A program made the position numbers and the translations under genes. From contig JAZRPF010000043.1 of NCBI GenBank assembly GCA_045649045.1, positions 459-64,458 on the forward strand: a DNA stretch of 64,000 nucleotides, read 5' to 3'. The notes beneath the pieces were generated by a model that was not told the origin of the DNA, made no database searches, and was given only the letters and a program-made list of their open reading frames with translations. Source of the DNA: Eubacteriales bacterium. Its GTDB lineage: Bacteria; Bacillota; Clostridia; Oscillospirales; CAG-272. Position 1 is the first letter of the stretch. Each line of letters begins with the position of its first letter. Positions 53,601 through 61,299 of the stretch are shown piece by piece.

Positions 53601-54192
53601 CCATGTCATCGCATCCGGTGAGGATGTCAATATCATGGTATTCGATACCGAGGTTTACTCCAACACAGGCGGTCAGGCATCCAAGGCATCCAACATCGGT
53701 CAGGTTGCACAGTTTGCCGCTGCCGGTAAGGCAATCGGCAAGAAGGACCTTGCACAAATCGCCATGTCCTACGGCTATGTCTATGTTGCACAAATCGCTA
53801 TGGGTGCTGACATGAACCAAACCATGAAGGCTCTCTGCGAGGCAGAGGCATACAAGGGCCCGACTATCATCATCGGCTACGCTCCTTGCGAAATGCACAG
53901 CATCAAGGGCGGCATGGCAAACTGCCAGGCTGAAATGAAGAAGGCTGTCGAGGCTGGCTACTGGCAGATGTTCCGTTACAATCCTGCTTTGAAGGCAGAG
54001 GGCAAGTCCCCCTTCACGCTGGATTCCAAGGAACCCACCGCAAGCTACCAAGACTTCATCAAGAGCGAAGCTCGTTATGCTCGTTTGGCACAGGCATTCC
54101 CCGAAAGAGCTGCTGACCTGTTCGCAAAGGCTGAACAGAACGCCAAGGCGAAGTACGACCGTCTCTTGAAGCTCAAGGACTTCTACGAATAA
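50635..54192 (+). CDS. nifJ: Pyruvate:ferredoxin (flavodoxin) oxidoreductase
   Basis: [39 protein letters not shown].... Two 4Fe-4S ferredoxin motifs ([25 protein letters not shown]) and a TPP domain ([10 protein letters not shown]). ATG at 50635 with a GGAGGA RBS. Confidence 0.97.
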   Translation: [1185 protein letters not shown]

Positions 54193-54197
54193 GATAT

Positions 54198-54234
54198 AAA
54201 AAACAAGGTGAGCCTCGGCTCACCTTGTTTTTTT
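54198..54234 (+). terminator. PFOR terminator
   Basis: AAAAAACAAGGTGAGCC..GGCTCACCTTGTTTTTTT. Confidence 0.9.
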
Positions 54235-54236
54235 GT

Positions 54237-54348
54237 ATAATGAAGGGACATTTTTCAATTGCTTGTTTGTTCTAACTTCTTATCTTTGCTTTTATCATGA
54301 ACAGACTTTTCTCAATTGCCTATTTGTTCTGACTTCCTATCTCTCTTC
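54237..54348 (+). repeat. Imperfect tandem repeat (period 57), each unit containing an 11-codon mini-ORF
   Basis: Unit 1 starts at 54240 (ATGAAGGGACATTTTTCAATTGCTTGTTTGTTCTAA...). Unit 2 starts at 54297 (ATGAACAGACTTTTCTCAATTGCCTATTTGTTCTGA...). 33/39 identity over the best-aligned core. Confidence 0.7.
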
Positions 54349-54358
54349 ACCGTATATC

Positions 54359-54388
54359 AAAGCAGGCGTGCCGTGGCACGCCTGCTTT
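54359..54388. terminator. Hairpin between the repeat region and the fucI 3' end
   Basis: AAAGCAGGCGTGCC-gt-GGCACGCCTGCTTT, a 14-bp stem. Confidence 0.65.
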
Positions 54389-54402
54389 GTTTGAAATGAA
54401 TT

Positions 54403-56232
54403 TTATTTGTAAAGAGGACCGAATGCGGCACAAGCGCGGTAGTCCTGACCTTCCTTGTCTGCACCAAATGCATTCCATACAGCAGGACGGAAAATGTCAT
54501 CCTCAGGAACATTATGCATACAAACAGGAATGCGGAGCATCGAGCACATTGTGATAAGGTCGGCACCGATATGACCGTAGCTGATTGCGCCGTGGTTTGC
54601 GCCCCAGTTGCTCATGACCTCGTAAGCGGTCTTGAAGGGACTTCCCTCCTTGCCGTCGCAACGAGGAGCAAACCAGGTGCAAGGCCATGTCGGGTTGGTG
54701 CGTTCCATCAGCTTATCGGAAACCTCGTCGGGAAGCTTGACAGTCCATCCCTCTGCAATTTGAAGAACAGGGCCGAGTCCCTTCACAAGATTCAAGCGAA
54801 TCATGGTGCAGGGCATCTCTGCGCGGGTTGTATAGTGGCTGGAGAATCCGCCGCCGCGGAAGTTATCAAAGCCTGCCTCGCACCATACGGTCGCGTCGGT
54901 CATCTTCTTGATATCTTCATCAGTCACTTCCCACCACTTCTTCATGGTGGCATTGCCGTTCTCGTCAGTGCATTCGCCGCAAGCATCAAGGCAAGCTGCG
55001 CCCGAGTTCAAGAGGTGAATGATACCGTTCGATTCAGCCGCCTTGCCTTCAAGCTTATAGCCTGTCACACGCTCGGTTGCCTCACCTGACCAATATGTAC
55101 GGACATCAGCAAAAATCTGTGCGCGGTGTGTCAGAAGGCGCATAAAGAGCATACCAAGACCGTTTAATACATCATTCTCGGTTGCCAGGGTGTACGGCCC
55201 ACGCGCGCCCTCGTAGTCAAAGGTCGAGGACAGAAGTGCCTCGGGGTAGTCGCAGTTCGGCCAATGGTCTGTCCATTGACGCTGTCCCTGAAAGCCACCT
55301 GCGATAGCGTTGTGGCCAACCTTCTCTTCCACAAATGCAACGGGCAGATTCTTGTTGCCTGCCATCAAATCCTTGATGATGCAGTACATCTTGACGGTAA
55401 ACTCCCACTGCTTCTCTTTTTCTTCGGGAGTGAACTTAATCTTATGCTCATGACCGAGGAACGGAACAGACTCGGGGTTATCGTCTCTGCCTTCCTTGCA
55501 GTGCTCCTTTGTCCATGCCAGTGCCTTCTGATATTCTTCTTCGTTATAAATGCCCTCTTCCATACGGCGCAGGATTTCCACCTCGTCAACAGACTCTACG
55601 CGCATACCGAGGTAGGATTCCATGAAGTCCTGGTCGATGATAGAGCCTGCAATACCCATGCACTGTGAGCCAATTTGCAGGTAGGACTTACCGCGCATGG
55701 TAGCAACCGCGATAGCCGCACGGCCGAAGCGCAGAAGCTTCTCCTTCACATCCTCGGGAATCTCGGTGATCTGGTCGCGGTCCTGTACCTCATGACCATA
55801 AATACCAAACGCAGGCAAGCCCTTCTGTGCATGACCTGCCAGAACAGCCGCCAGATAAACGGCACCGGGACGCTCTGTACCGTTAAAGCCCCACACGCCC
55901 TTGATGGTCTGGGGATCCATATCCATCGTCTCGGAGCCGTAGCACCAGCAGGGTGTGACGGACAGAGTGATGTCAACGCCTTCCTTCTTGAACTTGTTTG
56001 CACAAGCGGCAGCCTCGGGCACACGACCGATAGAGGTGTCAGCCATCACGACCTTCACATGCTCACCGTTCGAGTAGAACAGATTTTCTTCAAAAAGCTT
56101 CTTGGCGGCGTTTGCCATCGCCATAACCTGTGCTTCCAGGCTTTCGCGCAGCATCATCGGGCCACGGCGACCATCAACGATGGGGCGAATGCCAATGACG
56201 GGATAATCACCAACATATCTGTTTTTTGCCAT
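54403..56232 (-). CDS. fucI: L-fucose isomerase
   Basis: ...[13 protein letters not shown]...[18 protein letters not shown]... closely parallels E. coli FucI as I recall it. 609 aa. Confidence 0.92.
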   Translation of the reverse strand: MAKNRYVGDYPVIGIRPIVDGRRGPMMLRESLEAQVMAMANAAKKLFEENLFYSNGEHVKVVMADTSIGRVPEAAACANKFKKEGVDITLSVTPCWCYGSETMDMDPQTIKGVWGFNGTERPGAVYLAAVLAGHAQKGLPAFGIYGHEVQDRDQITEIPEDVKEKLLRFGRAAIAVATMRGKSYLQIGSQCMGIAGSIIDQDFMESYLGMRVESVDEVEILRRMEEGIYNEEEYQKALAWTKEHCKEGRDDNPESVPFLGHEHKIKFTPEEKEKQWEFTVKMYCIIKDLMAGNKNLPVAFVEEKVGHNAIAGGFQGQRQWTDHWPNCDYPEALLSSTFDYEGARGPYTLATENDVLNGLGMLFMRLLTHRAQIFADVRTYWSGEATERVTGYKLEGKAAESNGIIHLLNSGAACLDACGECTDENGNATMKKWWEVTDEDIKKMTDATVWCEAGFDNFRGGGFSSHYTTRAEMPCTMIRLNLVKGLGPVLQIAEGWTVKLPDEVSDKLMERTNPTWPCTWFAPRCDGKEGSPFKTAYEVMSNWGANHGAISYGHIGADLITMCSMLRIPVCMHNVPEDDIFRPAVWNAFGADKEGQDYRACAAFGPLYK

Positions 56233-56379
56233 TGTATCATACCTCTTTCTTATAAATTTTCAGTTCTTTAGGAAGTCACTTTCTTCCATTATAGTCATTA
56301 TAACATAAATACGAAAAAAGCACAACCGTCTTTTGTAATTTTTTTGCATTTTTTTGCCACAAACGGCACCGTCTGTTGA

Positions 56380-56422
56380 GAATAGTCAAAACCACCGGCC
56401 AAGCCGGTGGTTTTGACTATTC
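56380..56422. repeat. 20-bp perfect hairpin at the 3' end of the sigma-like gene and left edge of the recombinase module
   Basis: GAATAGTCAAAACCACCGGC-caa-GCCGGTGGTTTTGACTATTC. Overlaps the stop codon by 2 nt. No U-tract on the minus strand. Confidence 0.7.
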
Positions 56423-56789
56423 ATGATCTCTTGCTTTTTGTGCGCTCACACTCAACTGCTTCTTTTTCTCTTATGTAGGCATTCATTCCGTGCATGATAG
56501 GAAAAAGCCTGTTAGGCGCACTTAAATGTTTTTGTACCATGCGGTCAAATTGATAGATATAGCTTAACCCAACACCAAAGGCACTGGCAATTTCGGCGCT
56601 TGACATCTGTTTTTGATAGCGCATCTCGATGAATCTTTGTTCCCTTTCTTTGAGTGTGGAAATTGCATATTCAATGCCTCGTAAAATATCATCTGTAATA
56701 CGAGACGGCACGCTGACTCTCTCGCTGTTTCTGTACTGAATCGCCAGTATCAAGTTAATCGGATATTCTTCCTTCAAAAACTGCCGCAT
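56421..56789 (-). CDS. Sigma-70 region-4-like HTH protein
   Basis: ...LKEREQRFIEMRYQKQMSSAEIASAFGVGLSYIYQFDRMVQKHL.... ATG at 56789, directly after the upstream stop (TGAcATG). Confidence 0.7.
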   Translation of the reverse strand: MRQFLKEEYPINLILAIQYRNSERVSVPSRITDDILRGIEYAISTLKEREQRFIEMRYQKQMSSAEIASAFGVGLSYIYQFDRMVQKHLSAPNRLFPIMHGMNAYIREKEAVECERTKSKRS

Positions 56790-56790
56790 G

Positions 56791-57060
56791 TCACACCGTT
56801 TCCTTTGGATTTTTTTCTTTTCCAAGGTCCTGTTTCAAAATTCGCCTTGCGATATATTCAAGTTCTCTTTTTGACATTGCACAAATTTTATCATTTTTTA
56901 TTTGCCGATAGCAATTCTCGCATAATTGCCCACACCCCGAAACATAAAACCTTCGCATATCAACGGGTACGTCATAAGTATAGCCTGTTTCATCTCCGCA
57001 CAAAACACATCTGTCAGGCTCATTCATCGTTTGAATAGCAATCTTTTCTTTTATTTTCAT
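56791..57060 (-). CDS. Small Cys-rich (zinc-ribbon-like) protein
   Basis: MKIKEKIAIQTMNEPDRCVLCGDETGYTYD...SGCGQLCENCYRQ... (CxxC...CxxxCxxC). Confidence 0.6.
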   Translation of the reverse strand: MKIKEKIAIQTMNEPDRCVLCGDETGYTYDVPVDMRRFYVSGCGQLCENCYRQIKNDKICAMSKRELEYIARRILKQDLGKEKNPKETV

Positions 57061-57129
57061 GTATTTTCACCTTTTTGAGCTTCACGCAATGCTTGCCTCG
57101 GTGGGCGTCAGCAATTAAAAGATATGAAT

Positions 57130-57154
57130 ACAACATAATTCTCATTATGTGGTA
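57130..57154. repeat. Left inverted repeat (lox-like site) of the candidate invertible segment
   Basis: ACAACATAATTCTCATTATGTGGTA is the reverse complement of 57421-57445 at 24/25 positions (22 contiguous). Confidence 0.9.
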
Positions 57155-57196
57155 GTTAAAAAAAGTAAATAAGTTTTTACAAGATTTACATATGTT

Positions 57197-57225
57197 ATTA
57201 TACTATCAATTTACCCAAAAATCAA
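57197..57225 (-). promoter_or_regulatory. Near-consensus promoter inside the IR-bounded segment (TTGATT-17-TATAAT), currently facing the 57060<-56421 genes
   Basis: Minus strand reads gggTTGATTtttgggtaaattgatagTATAATaac. An 8-1-8 palindrome AAAGCAAA-T-TTTGCTTT (57239-57255) lies just upstream of the -35. Confidence 0.7.
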
Positions 57226-57420
57226 CCCTTTTCTACAAAAAAGCAAATTTTGCTTTGTAAAGTTTTTTAATTTTTAATCATTCAGAATGAAAAATTGCAT
57301 ACCAAAACACCCCCCTGCCCTAGCTTTTTTGGAAAGGAAAGCATTGGGGGGCTTTTTGCCGTTTGGCTATGAAGCGAAAAAGAAAGAAATGCCTTTTGTT
57401 TTTTCTTTTTCGCTTGATTT

Positions 57421-57445
57421 TACCACATAATGAGAATTATGTGGT
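57421..57445. repeat. Right inverted repeat (lox-like site)
   Basis: TACCACATAATGAGAATTATGTGGT. Begins 10 nt beyond the recombinase stop codon. Confidence 0.9.
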
Positions 57446-57455
57446 TTTTCTTTTT

Positions 57456-58292
57456 CTATAAAACAAGACCAAGCTGCTCGATTTTGCGTCGATGCTCTCT
57501 GCCACTTGACATAATATAGATTCTTGTCGTTTCGATACTGCTGTGACCGAGAATATCCGCGAGCTTGGCAATATCCTTTTCAATGCCATAAAAAGTGCGC
57601 GCAAAGAGCTTGCGGAGATTGTGCGGAAAGACCTTTTTGGGATTGACTCCCGCCGCCTCGCATAATCCCTTCATATCTGCCCATATATTCGAGCGATTCA
57701 TCGGCTTTCCTTTCCGCGTACAGAAAATGACACCTGTGGCAATGCCTTTCTTCTTTGCGTAATCAAGCAGATGCCCTCTCAATTTTCTTGGAATTAGAAT
57801 TGTCCTTGTTTTATTTTTGCAGGATACAACGACACTTCCCCGCCTGACCGACTCTACCGTAAAGAATTGAAGCTCGGATACGCGAATACCCGTGCCGCAA
57901 ATTGTCTCAATCAAAAGACAAAGGCGGGGCTTTTTTCTCGATGCATCAAGCAATCTCATATATTCCGCCTTGGTCAATTCCTTTTCCTCTGCCTGATAGA
58001 TTTCCCGCTGAATTTTCAAGATTTTCACCTTGCAATCCGCCCATTTCAAAAACGAAAAAAGACTGTTCATTGATGCAATTTTGGAATTGACCGAGCGCGG
58101 CAAATATCCCTTCTGTATCAAAGCTTGCTTATATGCAAGCGCTCTTTCTTTTGTGAGCTCCTGTCCATCAAGATAGAGCATCAGATCCCTTGCATCCTGC
58201 GTGTATTTCTTCACGGTAGCAGAGGACTTCTCCTCGTTCATCAAATGCTTTTGAAAATTCCGAATCTTATCACTTGTCAATTTTTTCATCAT
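57456..58292 (-). CDS. Tyrosine recombinase (phage-integrase family)
   Basis: ...IETICGTGIRVSEL... (Arg I), ...HNLRKLFA... (H-x-x-R), ...LGHSSIETTRIYI (His/Tyr). GAAAGGAAGG RBS before ATG 58292; the track start 58427 is spurious. Confidence 0.9.
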   Translation of the reverse strand: MMKKLTSDKIRNFQKHLMNEEKSSATVKKYTQDARDLMLYLDGQELTKERALAYKQALIQKGYLPRSVNSKIASMNSLFSFLKWADCKVKILKIQREIYQAEEKELTKAEYMRLLDASRKKPRLCLLIETICGTGIRVSELQFFTVESVRRGSVVVSCKNKTRTILIPRKLRGHLLDYAKKKGIATGVIFCTRKGKPMNRSNIWADMKGLCEAAGVNPKKVFPHNLRKLFARTFYGIEKDIAKLADILGHSSIETTRIYIMSSGREHRRKIEQLGLVL

Positions 58293-58395
58293 AATAACCT
58301 TCCTTTCATCACCTTTATTCTGCCTCACGCCGACCGATTTATTTACAATTTCTTCTTTACCATTTGCCTTATATTGCATTTTCGCAGCATGGCTC

Positions 58396-58424
58396 TTGCT
58401 TTTTTTGAAAAAACAGAGTATAAT
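58396..58424 (+). promoter_or_regulatory. copA promoter (TTGCTT-17-TATAAT)
   Basis: cTTGCTTtttttgaaaaaacagagTATAATcat. ACActTGTA at 58438-58446 lies between the -10 and the RBS. Confidence 0.5.
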
Positions 58425-58458
58425 CATAGGTGAATAAACACTTGTAAATGAGGTTTTT

Positions 58459-60693
58459 ATGAAAAGTAATTTTTCGGTCAGCGGTATGATGTGTGCCGCC
58501 TGTGCATCTCATGTAGAAGGTGCTGTCAAACGCATTGCGGGTGTTCAGGATGTCACGGTCAGCCTACTGACAAATTCTATGACTGTGATGCACACTTGCC
58601 CTGCGTCCGATATTGAAAATGCAGTTTCGCATATCGGCTATGAAGCCGCATTGCTCGAAAGAAAGGCAAGCGGAAGCAGCTTCACACACATAGGCACACA
58701 GGCAAAAAACGAAAGGAGCGCAACCGTGCGAATGCTCCTATCAGCCACGCTCTCACTTGTTCTTTTTGTCATTTGCATGGGACATATGCTGGGGATGCCG
58801 CTTCCGCACATAATAAGTCCAATGCACCACCCCGTCAATTATCTATTGATACAGGCGACTTTGGCAACCCCTGTCCTCTTCCTGCAATTCGGTTATTTCC
58901 GCCGCGGTACAGCCGCCCTGCTCCGTCTGCGTCCTTCGATGGATACACTTGTGGCTCTGGGATCGGGTGCCGCCTACCTGCATGGCATGATTGTCTTGGT
59001 GCTTGCCCTGCTTTCGCAGCTTGATGCGCACCATGTTCATGTTTATTTCGAGGCTTCTGCCATGATTTTGGCATTGGTCAGCATCGGCAAACGCTTGGAA
59101 GGCAGAGCGAAAGACAAGACAGCCGATGCCATTCGCGCACTTGCCGCCCTCTCGCCCAAAACCGCCGCCGTGCTTTCAGAGGATGGAAGCGAAATGACGG
59201 TCAATACCGAAAACCTGACCGTCGGTATGCACATTGTTCTTCGTGCGGGCGACAGCATTCCTGCTGATGGCAAGGTGGTTGCAGGTCACGGTGCCATTGA
59301 CGAATCGTCACTCACGGGCGAGAGCCTGCCAATTGACAAAAAAGAGGGTGATACAGTCACCTCGGGCAGCATGATGAAGGACGGCTACCTCGTCTTTTGT
59401 GCCGAGCGCGTCGGTGACGAGACCTCGCTTTCAGAAACCGTCCGTATGGTTGCAGAGGCGGCAGCCACCAAAGCACCCATCGCCAAAGCCGCCGATGCGG
59501 TGGCGGCAATATTTGTCCCCGTTGTTCTCCTGATTGCTCTTATCAGCTTTCTTGCCTTTTTCATTGTAACAGAGAGCCTTTCGACCGCACTCTCGCACCT
59601 TATCAGCGTGCTTGTCATTTCCTGTCCCTGCGCACTCGGACTTGCAACGCCAACTGCGATTATGACAGCGACAGGGCGCGGTGCCGAGCTTGGTATTCTT
59701 TTCAAAAGTGCCGAATCACTTGAAGCGCTCGGTCACATCAATACGGTGGCATTTGATAAAACAGGAACACTCACCAATGGTAAAATGGCACTTGCCGACT
59801 ATCGCCTGACAGACGGAACTGAGCCGAGCGAAGCGGCACGCGTTCTCTATGCACTTGAAAGTCAATCCTCTCACCCGATTGGTGAGGCTCTCGCGGCACA
59901 CTTTGCCGCCTATGCAGGTGCCGAGGCAAAGGGCTTCTCTGTCATTGAGGGCAAGGGCGTCTTTGCGCGCGTTGACGGGCAAAAGTGCATGGCAGGCAAT
60001 CTCCATCTGTTTGAAGATGATTTGGAATTTGACATTTCCCCGCTTCGCGCCGATTTTGACCGCATGACCGCGGCAGGAGCAACCGCAGTGTTTCTCTCTG
60101 CCGGCGAGCGCCTGCTCGGTATCTTTTCGGTTGCCGATACCCTGCGCCACGAGTCGCCCGATGCCATTTCCGCCCTGCACCGCCTCGGCATTAAGACCTG
60201 TATGCTGACAGGCGACAATACAGGCAGTGCCGCATACATGGCAGAAAAGGCAGGTATCGCCGAATTTCATGCCACACTCTCGCCAAAGGGCAAAGCACAG
60301 CTGATTGAAGCCCTTGCAAAAGACGGCAAAACTGCCATGGTCGGTGACGGCATCAACGATGCTCTGCCGCTTGTTTCGGCTGATGTCGGAATTGCGGTAG
60401 GGGCAGGCACCGATGTGGCAATTGCTTCGGCTGATGTTGTACTGCGCCGTGAAACACCGCTCGATGTTGTCAATGCGATTCTGCTTGGTCGCGCAACACT
60501 TCGGAATATCAGGCAAAATCTCTTTTGGGCGCTCGCCTATAATTCGCTCTGTATTCCCATTGCCGCAGGCGTATTTGCGCCGCTCGGCTTGACGCTTTCC
60601 CCCATGCTTGCCGCTGCCGCTATGAGCCTCTCCTCGCTTTTTGTGGTCGGCAATGCATTGCGTCTACGCCGATTCAAGCCGATTCTCCGATAA
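58459..60693 (+). CDS. copA: Copper-translocating P1B-type ATPase
   Basis: N-terminal HMA domain (GMMCAACASHVEGAV), CPC motif (SCPCALGLATP), DKTGTLT, and GDGINDA. Confidence 0.95.
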   Translation: MKSNFSVSGMMCAACASHVEGAVKRIAGVQDVTVSLLTNSMTVMHTCPASDIENAVSHIGYEAALLERKASGSSFTHIGTQAKNERSATVRMLLSATLSLVLFVICMGHMLGMPLPHIISPMHHPVNYLLIQATLATPVLFLQFGYFRRGTAALLRLRPSMDTLVALGSGAAYLHGMIVLVLALLSQLDAHHVHVYFEASAMILALVSIGKRLEGRAKDKTADAIRALAALSPKTAAVLSEDGSEMTVNTENLTVGMHIVLRAGDSIPADGKVVAGHGAIDESSLTGESLPIDKKEGDTVTSGSMMKDGYLVFCAERVGDETSLSETVRMVAEAAATKAPIAKAADAVAAIFVPVVLLIALISFLAFFIVTESLSTALSHLISVLVISCPCALGLATPTAIMTATGRGAELGILFKSAESLEALGHINTVAFDKTGTLTNGKMALADYRLTDGTEPSEAARVLYALESQSSHPIGEALAAHFAAYAGAEAKGFSVIEGKGVFARVDGQKCMAGNLHLFEDDLEFDISPLRADFDRMTAAGATAVFLSAGERLLGIFSVADTLRHESPDAISALHRLGIKTCMLTGDNTGSAAYMAEKAGIAEFHATLSPKGKAQLIEALAKDGKTAMVGDGINDALPLVSADVGIAVGAGTDVAIASADVVLRRETPLDVVNAILLGRATLRNIRQNLFWALAYNSLCIPIAAGVFAPLGLTLSPMLAAAAMSLSSLFVVGNALRLRRFKPILR

Positions 60694-60697
60694 TTGC

Positions 60698-60743
60698 AAA
60701 AACACCCTTTCCAAGCTATGAATAGCTTGGAAAGGGTGTTTTT
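60698..60743. terminator. Bidirectional terminator after copA
   Basis: AAAAACACCCTTTCCAAGCTA-tgaa-TAGCTTGGAAAGGGTGTTTTT. Confidence 0.9.
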
Positions 60744-61299
60744 AATTTTGCGTTGCTTGCTTGGCATATTCGGTTCTTGAAGTCAATATCTGATAGAAAA
60801 CCTGATTCGAGCCGAGAAGCACCATGATATATCCCATATCGGTATGGGCATACAGTCTGATTCGATACTGTGGGCGCATGGAATTGGTGAAGGAAAAATG
60901 CTTTTCGGGCTTTTTCTTTTTGATACTGTCAGGCAGACTTCGGCCGCGCTCTTCAAGATAAAGCTCCTCCACCTCGTCAAGATAGATGTGGCAAACTGTT
61001 GAAATGCGACGCCCCTGTGTGTCAGTGACAATCAGGACGGCGCGGGAATTGAGAGAGGTCAAGGTATAGGTGCGATAAGAAAGATAATAGCGAAAGCCAA
61101 AATAGATGCCCACCGCCCCGCAAATCATGACAAGCGATTGCCAGATTGCTGAATACAAAAATCCGATTCCCGACATGACAAAGGAAAAGAATGCCAAGAT
61201 GAAGGCGACCAGGATAACGATAGCAGGCAAGCAGTTTTCACTTGTATGCCGATAGTGCAGCTCCGTCATACAGGGCGACGCATCATGCATATTAGTCAT
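60742..61299 (-). CDS. Hypothetical two-TM membrane protein
   Basis: ...LPAIVILVAFILAFFSFVMSGIGFLYSAIWQSLVMICGAVGIYFGF... followed by a soluble C-terminal domain. AGGGAG RBS 7 nt before ATG 61299. Overlaps the upstream gene by 8 nt. Confidence 0.6.
   Translation of the reverse strand: MTNMHDASPCMTELHYRHTSENCLPAIVILVAFILAFFSFVMSGIGFLYSAIWQSLVMICGAVGIYFGFRYYLSYRTYTLTSLNSRAVLIVTDTQGRRISTVCHIYLDEVEELYLEERGRSLPDSIKKKKPEKHFSFTNSMRPQYRIRLYAHTDMGYIMVLLGSNQVFYQILTSRTEYAKQATQN

Noticed and set aside
51685-54051. 788-aa minus-strand ORF inside PFOR. Similar long antisense ORFs occur at 16564..17562 (gdhA), 39873..40934, 26453..27301 (uvrB), 59716..60516 (copA), 21004..21765, 38159..38908, 48264..49040 and 23544..24146.
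   Set aside because: All lie antisense to genes with unambiguous conserved products. They lack RBSs and have Cys/Arg/Gly-rich nonsense-like composition typical of shadow frames.
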